Sequence record: KY499642.1
DNA: 64,000 bases
Strand: one strand, 5' to 3'
Both the position numbers and the translations under genes were made by a program. This document shows, in pieces, positions 49,522-57,861 of the stretch (positions within the stretch are counted from its first letter, which is position 1; each line of letters begins with the position of its first letter). The notes beneath the pieces were generated by a model. That model made no database searches, had not been told where the DNA came from, and saw nothing but the letters and a program-made list of their open reading frames with translations.

Positions 49522-49544
49522 CAGATATATATCATTATGGTGAA
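49522..49544 (+). promoter_or_regulatory. Conserved phage promoter motif copy 3
   Basis: cagatatatatcattatggtgaa. Confidence 0.7.
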
Positions 49545-49577
49545 GAAATCATCTAAACCTTTTAATGGGAGCTTACC

Positions 49578-49931
49578 ATGGAACTATCTAAACTTGCAAA
49601 AGAACAACTTCTTAATTGGGATCACGATATCAACCCAACGCCACTAAAAGATATCGAGTACAACATTGCACACCACATCGCAGTTAATAAAGGATGGGGT
49701 CTAAGTAATGTTGCAGTGCAACTTACTGACAAGGTTCTGGATATCCGTGTTCAGAAATTTGCTACGTTCGGTAAAGGTGCATCATTCGGACAAACGTGCG
49801 ATGGGTTCTGGTCAATGGAAGTCTATGTAGACTTCGACGACATTATTCCACGTGAACATCTGGGTCGAGTTAGTAACTGGTTACCAACGGGTGTATACGC
49901 ATTGGCCGACCACGTTAAGACAATTCACTAA
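49578..49931 (+). CDS. Hypothetical protein (117 aa)
   Basis: SD gggag; first gene after the promoter motif. Confidence 0.75.
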   Translation: MELSKLAKEQLLNWDHDINPTPLKDIEYNIAHHIAVNKGWGLSNVAVQLTDKVLDIRVQKFATFGKGASFGQTCDGFWSMEVYVDFDDIIPREHLGRVSNWLPTGVYALADHVKTIH

Positions 49932-49939
49932 TTCACTTC

Positions 49940-49970
49940 GAGGAAGCTTCGGCTTCCTCACTACTTTTTA
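49940..49970 (+). terminator. Hairpin/terminator
   Basis: gaggaagc-ttcg-gcttcctc then a short spacer and T5. Confidence 0.65.
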
Positions 49971-49983
49971 TTTGGAGATAATC

Positions 49984-50544
49984 ATGAGCAAAGTAACTTT
50001 AGAAATCCGCGAAGGTAAACTACGTCCAATCTACAACGGTGAAATCGTTGACCAACGTCACAACCTACTATTCGAATTGGATATCGCGTTAGGCAACCTT
50101 CCGCCATCGCCATGTCGTGGTGATGATGGTACAATCAATATTGAAGATGCAGTTGGCTACGTATTCATCAACATTGAAGATCGTCGTCAACGTTGTATGG
50201 CACACCAAGCGGAGTACCGTGAGGTATTGCAGCAACTTAAAGCTGAAGTGCTGAAGTTCTATCACGAGTACAAAACTGACCCAACTGAGTACCACTTGGA
50301 TTACATGTTGGAAGCGGCTAAACGTAATGGCGTTAAGTCAGTCTACCTTGACATGTTCTACGAAGGTAAGATATCACGTAACGATTTGAAGACTTGCTTC
50401 CTACGTGGTTCTTGTTCAACAATCGACCCGTCAATCTTCAGCGACCCATCACCTAAAGGCTTTGCAGTCCCGCCTGCACCGGAAGCACCAGCTGAGCCTG
50501 AATGTCAAACCTCTCACGAAAACTACGGCAAGGAGTCTAAGTAA
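49984..50544 (+). CDS. Hypothetical protein (186 aa)
   Basis: SD ggag, ATG at 49984. Confidence 0.75.
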   Translation: MSKVTLEIREGKLRPIYNGEIVDQRHNLLFELDIALGNLPPSPCRGDDGTINIEDAVGYVFINIEDRRQRCMAHQAEYREVLQQLKAEVLKFYHEYKTDPTEYHLDYMLEAAKRNGVKSVYLDMFYEGKISRNDLKTCFLRGSCSTIDPSIFSDPSPKGFAVPPAPEAPAEPECQTSHENYGKESK

Positions 50545-50921
50545 TGAACTGGTTCGTACACGGTACAAATAAAACAATCACTGAAGAATGGGATCACTGT
50601 GAGCATTTGAAAGTGGGTCAGGTTGCACCTTACATGGTCGGCGAGCAAGACTCGTTCGGCCCTGTGGCTCGCATGGGGATGTGTAAGGAGTGTCACGATA
50701 AGTATAAAGCGGAGCAGGATGAAGAGCTAGAGTACTGTCATGACTGTGGGCAGGAAAAGCCTATGAAGGAAATGCGCGAATGGCGTTGGTACGACTTCTA
50801 TGCACCTCAGGGCGATGAACCACTGATGATTTGCGATGACTGTGCGGTCAAAGACAAACACAAAGAACGTGTGCGTAAAGACAATGAAGCGTACGAACGT
50901 GAAATGGGCGATGAGTATTAA
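50544..50921 (+). CDS. Zinc-finger-like protein (125 aa)
   Basis: Three CxxC pairs (CKEC, CHDC, CDDC) plus CEH. Confidence 0.7.
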   Translation: MNWFVHGTNKTITEEWDHCEHLKVGQVAPYMVGEQDSFGPVARMGMCKECHDKYKAEQDEELEYCHDCGQEKPMKEMREWRWYDFYAPQGDEPLMICDDCAVKDKHKERVRKDNEAYEREMGDEY

Positions 50922-50933
50922 TTGGGAGCTAAC

Positions 50934-51467
50934 ATGAAAGACAAAGTAGAAACAATCATTCAGGGTAAACGATACGTAGCCCGTGCAGTACAACAACCAG
51001 ATAACAAAGTTGCATTCCACATCTACGACTTTCCTGATATCAACGGTCTGCCAGAGTCACGCATTACTCAGCTGGCTAAAGAGTTCGGCTTAGAGAACAG
51101 CAAGAACTTCATCTGGTATGGACGTGACCACTTCGAGAAGCTGTATGGACAACAGCAGCAAGCACGTACTGGAATGTCTGGACGTTCGGTTATCACTGAA
51201 CTGACTAAGTGCACATCGCCATATGAACATCATGTTCCATTCGCACGCATTTCACACATACTGGGTGATCACTTCCGTGGTGTTAATCCATTGGAAGACG
51301 ATGTACTGAAACAAATCATCGAGCACACACAACAGCACGTAGAGCGTCGCGGTAAAGAAGTTGCACATCAAGGACATTCAATGTCTATCAATGAGCAGCG
51401 TTACTTACTGAGCATTCTGCGCAGTTTGTTGCCTGCACTGATACCAGTTCCGGCTGAAGAGAAATAA
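50934..51467 (+). CDS. Hypothetical protein (177 aa)
   Basis: SD gggag, ATG at 50934. Confidence 0.75.
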   Translation: MKDKVETIIQGKRYVARAVQQPDNKVAFHIYDFPDINGLPESRITQLAKEFGLENSKNFIWYGRDHFEKLYGQQQQARTGMSGRSVITELTKCTSPYEHHVPFARISHILGDHFRGVNPLEDDVLKQIIEHTQQHVERRGKEVAHQGHSMSINEQRYLLSILRSLLPALIPVPAEEK

Positions 51468-51500
51468 AAAGAGGAGGGCTAAGCCCTCCTTTCTTTTTTT
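51466..51500. terminator. Bidirectional terminator
   Basis: A5, aggagggc-taa-gccctcct, T tract. Confidence 0.85.
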
Positions 51501-51503
51501 GTC

Positions 51504-52811
51504 TTACGTGTAAACGTTAGCCGATAAGGCACGTAATAGGAAGTACAACATAAGTGCAGTACGGACTGAGGCAAGAGCAGAACTTGCACGCAGTGCGCTG
51601 TGACGCTTAGCATACTTCTCGATACGACTACGGAGACTTAATAGGCGCGGGTCAGTCGATTTAGATGACATGTACAAGGCACGCATCTTGTTCAAGATAA
51701 AACCAACATCATGGAAACGGATACGTTCGCGAGCGATATAATCGAAAGCGTGCATCAGTGTGTCTTCCATAATCTCTTCCACCTCATCGCGTTTCTTACC
51801 TGTTGGTGTTCGCGCAATAGAACGGAGGATATCTAACAGTGATTGTCTGGAGGTCGTTGACATCACATCCAATACCACATCAACGAGTTCTAACTTGATA
51901 AAGCTAGAGTCGTTACCTGCTACATCGAGAAGATAAGTCTTCGCATTGTTGTAGGCACTGACTTGGTCACGGATGATCTTGTCTCCGTCCAACACCACAG
52001 TGTTAGAAGTGGTTTCAATACGCAAGTTCCCCGAACGAACACGGTCAAGGATTTTGTATTGGTCTTTAATCGACTTACGGACACGTGTTGACATATCCGT
52101 TACAACGTACATGATGCGTTCATCATCATCGAACTTAACTAAGTCGCGATAGTGTTTGCCTTCTTTCGAAAGGAATGACTCAGCACGCCACTTTAACACC
52201 TCACCCCAACTACCTAGTCGCTTAATAGCAAACTTCATAGTCAGAGCACTGTAGACGGCTTCTGCTGCCTCATTGTCTACAGGTTTATCAAAGTAGTGTG
52301 TGTAGATTGATGATAGGAAACGGAACTGAAGCATGACTAATGCTTCGACCATTGCTTCGTAAACAATCTTGTCACGTGGGTTGAGTTCATCGATACACTT
52401 ATGAATGAACCAAACGACGGATAGGTTGAAAGCATCCCCTGCAACTTTCCAGTCTTTGTTCACTGCCTTAACCGAGTGAATACACTCTTGTAAGTAAGCT
52501 TCATCAATCTGGAGTACTTCATCAAACCAACGGTCGCGGTCATTATCGTACCAACGAATGCGGTCTACACCCATTAGGTTACCGCCAAAGAAAGACAGAT
52601 GCTCCCCGCGTGACGCAATAGACTTGCTATAATTTATCACACGCTTGCACATACTAATGGAGGGACTTGTTCCTTCCACGGCTTTTATGAACGCATCACG
52701 AATCGACGGAATTCTGCCGTCGTCAGAGTGAGCTTCTAAACCAACGATTGGCATTGTTCCAACTTCTTGGATCAAGTCAATCATGGCTAGAGTCGCTTTA
52801 TTGAATTCCAT
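51504..52811 (-). CDS. Conserved phiKZ-like virion protein (gp32-like position), 435 aa
   Basis: SD ggag, start MEFNK; helical; synteny near the tail/terminase block. Confidence 0.6.
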   Translation of the reverse strand: MEFNKATLAMIDLIQEVGTMPIVGLEAHSDDGRIPSIRDAFIKAVEGTSPSISMCKRVINYSKSIASRGEHLSFFGGNLMGVDRIRWYDNDRDRWFDEVLQIDEAYLQECIHSVKAVNKDWKVAGDAFNLSVVWFIHKCIDELNPRDKIVYEAMVEALVMLQFRFLSSIYTHYFDKPVDNEAAEAVYSALTMKFAIKRLGSWGEVLKWRAESFLSKEGKHYRDLVKFDDDERIMYVVTDMSTRVRKSIKDQYKILDRVRSGNLRIETTSNTVVLDGDKIIRDQVSAYNNAKTYLLDVAGNDSSFIKLELVDVVLDVMSTTSRQSLLDILRSIARTPTGKKRDEVEEIMEDTLMHAFDYIARERIRFHDVGFILNKMRALYMSSKSTDPRLLSLRSRIEKYAKRHSALRASSALASVRTALMLYFLLRALSANVYT

Positions 52812-52869
52812 AAGGACTCCCATATTTGTGATACACAGGATTTGCTGCCAGACGTATCCTAAATAGGTT

Positions 52870-52892
52870 CAGTTATATTTCATTAATGTGAT
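52870..52892 (+). promoter_or_regulatory. Conserved phage promoter motif copy 4
   Basis: cagttatatttcattaatgtgat. Confidence 0.7.
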
Positions 52893-52928
52893 ATATCAAC
52901 CACCCGTTCTATTATTAAGGAGATCACC

Positions 52929-53690
52929 ATGCAATTAGAAAGACGGGCAACGCTAAACAGGCACATCGAAACTAATCAGATTATTCTCGATGGTGGCAAG
53001 ATTAAAGCATTTGCTATGAAAACCGGGGCGCTATGCAGCATTAACAAAACTGGTAACATCATCAACATGAAGAACGGCAAGACCCGATTCTGTAATGATG
53101 ACTTAAGCAAGTTCTTATACGAACAAGGTGTTCGTGGTGAATTCTTAATCCACCATAAGACTCAAACATTCGGTGTACCGAAGTGGTTAACATTCAGCCA
53201 ATACAACAGACCATTTAATGAGTGGTCACAACAAATCGAGATATACACACTCGATGGATTGGAAAAGCCAGACGCTTTGATTCCAATCAAACCGCTGGAC
53301 TCGTTCCTAGTTGACCCGAACAACATCAAAGAAACTGTTGATAAGTTGTCGGAAGACACTAAGTTCGATGGCTTGATTTTAACAGCCGCCACATTCGATA
53401 ACCAAACCAACTGGTATCAAGTATTGCCTAACCGCTATTGCCAAGGTCGAATCGTTGACTACAACGCATCTACTGATGACAGCTACGTCATCGTAGAGAT
53501 TCACCACGACGGTGAAATGTATCGCACGAAGATTTGTAAGTTCACCAAGACCATGGCACGTGACCTAGATGAACTAGGTGACGACGTACTTAACCGTAAC
53601 CTCAAAATTCAATACAGCACGTTCATTCCAGGCGACCGCTTAGAGAACTTCTCTAGTCCATACGCGCTGTTTGTAATCAACCGCCCATAA
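52929..53690 (+). CDS. Degenerate ATP-dependent DNA-ligase-like protein (NTase plus OB fold)
   Basis: VRGEF (motif III-like), FDGLIL (motif IV-like), OB-like QGRIVDY...LKIQYSTF...SPY; no intact KxDGxR. Confidence 0.5.
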   Translation: MQLERRATLNRHIETNQIILDGGKIKAFAMKTGALCSINKTGNIINMKNGKTRFCNDDLSKFLYEQGVRGEFLIHHKTQTFGVPKWLTFSQYNRPFNEWSQQIEIYTLDGLEKPDALIPIKPLDSFLVDPNNIKETVDKLSEDTKFDGLILTAATFDNQTNWYQVLPNRYCQGRIVDYNASTDDSYVIVEIHHDGEMYRTKICKFTKTMARDLDELGDDVLNRNLKIQYSTFIPGDRLENFSSPYALFVINRP

Positions 53691-53699
53691 GGAGACATT

Positions 53700-54104
53700 A
53701 TGGATCTTTCATTAACGCGACTAAATCGTGGTCAAGTTCAAGTACAGGGTGAGTTCATCAATATCTCAATCTCAGACGAGGGATTCAACCAACGTCTAAT
53801 GGAATTGAAAGGCCGCCCTAAATCTGGTGACTACGTAATCCACTTACGCATTACCGATGGTGAGGGTAACGTCTCTGAACGTCTATACGCTATCGAATCA
53901 AAATTCACGTACAAGTTCCTCAACCGCATCACTCTACAAAAGTCATTACAAAACGCATTCAAGCGTTATGGTGTAGAAGTGTTGAACGCAGGTCTGTACT
54001 TCACCACATTCAATGCAGCGTATGTACACAAGACGTTAATCAGCATTGACAACCAAGCATCAAACGATAAAGAGCTGTACGTAAAGGAGCTTAGAGCAGC
54101 ATGA
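53700..54104 (+). CDS. Hypothetical protein (134 aa)
   Basis: SD aaggag. Confidence 0.75.
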   Translation: MDLSLTRLNRGQVQVQGEFINISISDEGFNQRLMELKGRPKSGDYVIHLRITDGEGNVSERLYAIESKFTYKFLNRITLQKSLQNAFKRYGVEVLNAGLYFTTFNAAYVHKTLISIDNQASNDKELYVKELRAA

Positions 54105-54364
54105 TCATGCACTACTTTGAACTGGCATTAATCTTTGTACTCACCCTAGTAGTTTACTGGGAACTGTTTGAACTTAAGGGTCACGAATACGGCCCTGTCT
54201 TGACAGCATTACGAGTGCTGCCAGTTCTAATGATGCCCGTACTCGCAATGGCATATCTTGGTTGGTATGCCAATTCGAAAACCGAACGTAAGAAGTTTAA
54301 GATGCCAATGAACGTTGGCTTCTTCATTGTTATTGCAGCGTACTTCCTGTACTACTTTTATTAG
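54101..54364 (+). CDS. Small membrane protein with three TM segments (87 aa)
   Basis: ATGA overlap; three hydrophobic segments. Confidence 0.7.
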   Translation: MIMHYFELALIFVLTLVVYWELFELKGHEYGPVLTALRVLPVLMMPVLAMAYLGWYANSKTERKKFKMPMNVGFFIVIAAYFLYYFY

Positions 54365-54373
54365 GAGCTCATC

Positions 54374-54661
54374 ATGAAATATTTCAACCTCACCAGCGTC
54401 CCTGTAAGCGGCTATGAGATGGTTGCAGGTTTACCTAATGAACTAGGTGACCGACTAACCCAATACCTCTCACGTGGCGTTGAGAAGGATGCTGTAGGTC
54501 TTTCAGCATTAATGGATAGTGCAGGTATCAAAGGTTTCATCATTGACCCAGTACACACACCAGATACAACCAAACATATCTTACGTAAAGTAAGTCAACT
54601 TCGCGGTAGCTGCGCAGCATTCTCAGTGAGTGCTGGTCAGTTAGTTCCTGCAAACCAGTAA
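54374..54661 (+). CDS. Hypothetical protein (95 aa)
   Basis: SD aggag. Confidence 0.75.
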   Translation: MKYFNLTSVPVSGYEMVAGLPNELGDRLTQYLSRGVEKDAVGLSALMDSAGIKGFIIDPVHTPDTTKHILRKVSQLRGSCAAFSVSAGQLVPANQ

Positions 54662-54678
54662 CGTGAGTAGTACCTTTT

Positions 54679-54704
54679 GAGAGTCTTCGGACTCTCTTTT
54701 TTTT
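54679..54704 (+). terminator. Rho-independent terminator
   Basis: gagagtc-ttcg-gactctc then T8. Confidence 0.9.
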
Positions 54705-54712
54705 GTGTCGGC

Positions 54713-54753
54713 AAATAAAACTACAGGCGATGCTAGGAATTAACCTAGCAACC
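54713..54753 (-). terminator. Second minus-strand terminator-like hairpin
   Basis: cagg..gctagg-aattaa-cctagc..cctg preceded on + by aaataaaa. Confidence 0.5.
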
Positions 54754-54781
54754 TGTCGGACATATAATACCCTACTAAGGC

Positions 54782-54819
54782 AAATAAAAAAGGGGGTGTC
54801 GGTAGGTTTCCCTACCGAC
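54782..54819 (-). terminator. Minus-strand terminator
   Basis: gtcggtagg-tttc-cctaccgac stem preceded on + by aaataaaaaa, which gives a U tract on the minus transcript. Confidence 0.75.
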
Positions 54820-55075
54820 GTATGCCAGACAACGAGTAAGCAACAACCTTCGGTGGAAAGTTGGGGTGGGGCAGACTGCTGTTCGGTCAGTCCACTCCTC
54901 CAATCAATCGCCAAGTCTACATCACGTTAGGACCCACGTTGAAACACATCCGGCTAACACAGGAGGTGCCGCCACGTTCACAGTTGGCTAAGTAACCGTA
55001 AGCAGCATTTGCCGGAGGGCGATAGTTGTAAGAAATCTTTGGCTGGTTCGAACAGTTCCTTACAGAAGATACTAC
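54782..55075 (-). ncRNA. Candidate structured non-coding RNA (~290 nt)
   Basis: No credible ORF; nested helices on the minus strand; ends in a minus-strand terminator with no minus-strand CDS upstream. No known family recognised. Confidence 0.4.
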
Positions 55076-55109
55076 AGTCAGTAAAAAATTACCATTTATA
55101 CGGTGACAA

Positions 55110-56160
55110 ATAAAAAGGCGATTTTGTTTTTCCCCCTTTAAGGTCCCCTCTTTCCTTTCCTTTTCTCTTTCCTTTTTCCCCTCTTTGGAAACACCCCTTT
55201 TACCTATCTCTTATCCTATCCTAACTCCCCCCTAAATCCCCCTTTTAGCGTCACTCCAGTCGCTTCGCTCCCAAGGAGTTCCTTGAATGCTGACATTAGA
55301 TTAATGTCTCTATATTTTTTTACTGTACAAAAAGTGAACAGTTTTAAATTGAGTATAAAGTTTAAGAAAAATTTAAGGTTTAATTAATCTAAATATAAAA
55401 AGTATGTTTAATAGAAATAGATCTATTGATCCAAGAGATTGACTTGTTTCTCCGAGAGATTGTATGAGGGCGCGCGCCGCCCGACCCGTATAAGGAGATA
55501 AGTGATGATACTGAAGTTTATATGCATGGATGAGATTAACGCCATCAGGATGGCTAAGAAGCTGCTCAAGCGCGGTAGACGAGTAGCGGTTTACAAACGG
55601 ATGGTGATATCAGAAATCGAAGGAGACGAATACGCGTTATTGCAATGTCAGTTCCGCGCGTACACGGACACGATCAATTCTTGGGATCTAAATTATCTTA
55701 AAGTGAATAACTTAATTTTTTGATCTAGATTAAGTGTTTTTCTTAGGTTAATGTATTTTTCTACGGAAGTATTCCTATTATATGTCTTCACTGGCTTCTG
55801 CTAGTGTGGATCTAAAGATCACAGGGCGGAGCCCTGGATCGCAGGAAGACGGACGGAGACCGACCGGGGGCGAGTAGACACCGGAGGTTGAAGGATTCGA
55901 GGGAGCCCCGAAGGCTCCCAGAGAAGTAGATAGATAAAGATAGATAAAAGAGAATAAAAAAAGAAAACATCCAGGATGGATGGAAAGAACTATGGAGCTT
56001 TAGAAAGTTTTAAACCTTTTTTTATTTGTTGAGACTAAGATATGAAATTAAATAAGATTTTGAAGAGTTTATTGATCGCATTTCCAGTTCTGTGTCCTGT
56101 GCCGCCCGCGCCACTGGTTACTTTTTATACAGAAGTGCATAGTGTACTAAAATAGTAAAA
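55110..56160. other. Large mostly non-coding, origin-like locus
   Basis: C/T tract 55120-55245, AT-rich core 55310-55430, A/G tract 55840-55990, several hairpins and 9 GATC sites. Confidence 0.45.
55502..55723 (+). CDS. Hypothetical protein (73 aa) embedded in the origin-like locus
   Basis: SD taaggag; GTG or ATG start. Confidence 0.55.
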   Translation: MMILKFICMDEINAIRMAKKLLKRGRRVAVYKRMVISEIEGDEYALLQCQFRAYTDTINSWDLNYLKVNNLIF

Positions 56161-56182
56161 TTTCTTTTTAAAAGGCCGTTAG

Positions 56183-56779
56183 ATGATTAAGACATTACTG
56201 GCACTGGATATAGATGAAACACTCAACTCATTGTTAGACCATAAGCTGCTGTGTGATGCTGATGATGACGGTAGAGATGAACAATTATATCCATCCGATT
56301 TTGAAGGCGTTCTTAAGTTTTGTAATATCACGAATGGTGGGAACTGTTCTGAGTTTAACTTAGGGATGTATGTGAATGTTGAACAGTTAAAAGCGTTCAA
56401 TGAACTACGTGAAGAGTTTGATGCAGATGTCCTCGGCACCTCCAGTTGGTTTTGTGGTGGTCGGGATGATAGAAAGGTGGCTGGCTTTCTTGATATACCC
56501 GATGAGAAGTTTATTGGGTCAGGTGATACGGGTGGTAGTGTAGGACGTTGTAAGTCCGTAGCTGAAGCGGTATTGGAAGGTGGTTACAACCGAGTGATTG
56601 TGTTGGATGACCAGTACTTTGGTTGGGAGTTGTTTGGTTTGGATGCTCATCGTCCTCCTATTACTGGGGCTGAAGGGTTCAATGCTGAGTGTCAACGAAT
56701 TGCCAGAGAGATACAAGGCATTGAAATAGACCATGAAAAGCTCCGAGGGCTGTTGGAGCAATACCGTACCAAGCGGTAA
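56183..56779 (+). CDS. HAD-superfamily phosphatase (RNA-repair SAK-type)
   Basis: LALDIDETLN, LGTSSW, VIVLDD motifs. Confidence 0.75.
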   Translation: MIKTLLALDIDETLNSLLDHKLLCDADDDGRDEQLYPSDFEGVLKFCNITNGGNCSEFNLGMYVNVEQLKAFNELREEFDADVLGTSSWFCGGRDDRKVAGFLDIPDEKFIGSGDTGGSVGRCKSVAEAVLEGGYNRVIVLDDQYFGWELFGLDAHRPPITGAEGFNAECQRIAREIQGIEIDHEKLRGLLEQYRTKR

Positions 56780-56824
56780 TTCTTTGTAGAGTGTATGTCA
56801 GACAACAATAACGGTGGAGCGTGA

Positions 56825-57250
56825 ATGGCACAGATAGTAACACTTACACCGAGTGAATTCATGTTAGCGGTGCATAACCAGAGCATTAGTCCAGCACAGT
56901 TGAGTAAGCGTGCAGGATTACCTACTCTGAAGATGCGTTCGTTTTATCAAGTTTCCGACGGTGAAGAAAACAAAGCAAATTTTGAAGTAGTGATTGGTGG
57001 TGTACGTCAGCCTAAGTTGACGATTATGCCAGAGGCGAGGATGTGGCATGAGCTGTTGAATATTTCAATAGCGGGACTTAACCGAGGGAAGACGTTTGAA
57101 CAGACCCTGAAGTTAATGCTGGATGCTCACTACGGTCGATTCATTGATATTGATGATGAGTCTACGGTGGGGATTAAATCCCTCTTTGACCAAGTCTACT
57201 ACTTCCTACTTTATTTCGAATGCAGTGAGCGTAATGTAAGTTCACATTAG
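56825..57250 (+). CDS. Hypothetical protein (141 aa)
   Basis: SD ggag. Confidence 0.75.
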   Translation: MAQIVTLTPSEFMLAVHNQSISPAQLSKRAGLPTLKMRSFYQVSDGEENKANFEVVIGGVRQPKLTIMPEARMWHELLNISIAGLNRGKTFEQTLKLMLDAHYGRFIDIDDESTVGIKSLFDQVYYFLLYFECSERNVSSH

Positions 57251-57263
57251 TGAGGGAGGAAAT

Positions 57264-57725
57264 ATGTCAGTTAGTTTAATTGCTATACTCGCGGCAGAAC
57301 AGCCTGGGTACTATAGCCAGATTATCAGTGACCTCGACACGAATGATCCGCGCACGCAAGCAGTTAAGCGAGCGCTGGCACATTATCATGAAGGGGTTGT
57401 CGCTAAATACGAAGATGTGAACTTCAGCCGCTTTGGCTATATCACTGGTAATCTAGAAATAGATTGGAGTAAGTCGTTTGGTGAGATACCTGCCTGTATG
57501 GTGGCGTTCTATTACGAGGCAGTACGTCGCTGTGTAGCAAATCGTGATAACTTCCAACATGCGGTGATGTTCTTGTTTGATAGACTGGGACATCGCATTA
57601 AGCTGTATCAGGAACATTGTACCGAGCAAGAAATCAATGAATGGATACGTCAAGTCATCCATGATTTGTACATTGAATATGAGCAACGTCCAGAACCCAT
57701 TAATTTAATACATATGGATCTATGA
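57264..57725 (+). CDS. Hypothetical protein (153 aa)
   Basis: SD ggagg. Confidence 0.75.
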   Translation: MSVSLIAILAAEQPGYYSQIISDLDTNDPRTQAVKRALAHYHEGVVAKYEDVNFSRFGYITGNLEIDWSKSFGEIPACMVAFYYEAVRRCVANRDNFQHAVMFLFDRLGHRIKLYQEHCTEQEINEWIRQVIHDLYIEYEQRPEPINLIHMDL

Positions 57726-57799
57726 TGTGTAGGAATCGGGCTTGCACGCGGTTTCTGGGAATGATTTTAATAGGGGCTCTGATTATTTGCTCTTGGTAG
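57722..57799 (+). CDS. Possible 25-aa membrane peptide MMCRNRACTRFLGMILIGALIICSW
   Basis: ATGA overlap with the upstream stop; hydrophobic C-terminal half. Confidence 0.3.
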   Translation: MMCRNRACTRFLGMILIGALIICSW

Positions 57800-57861
57800 G
57801 GTTGATAGGTTTTATACTTGTCTTCCCTACCTCTCTTTTTTTATTTGTTTAAGGAAATAGC

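Noticed and set aside
54540-54930. ORF-track ORFs 54540..54914 (-) and 54703..54930 (+)
   Set aside because: They have TTG/GTG starts without SD and run through terminator hairpins, so they are likely spurious.
55120-55990. Pyrimidine and purine tracts as one long inverted repeat
   Set aside because: Complementarity is compositional only. I found no exact match longer than about 8 nt by eye.
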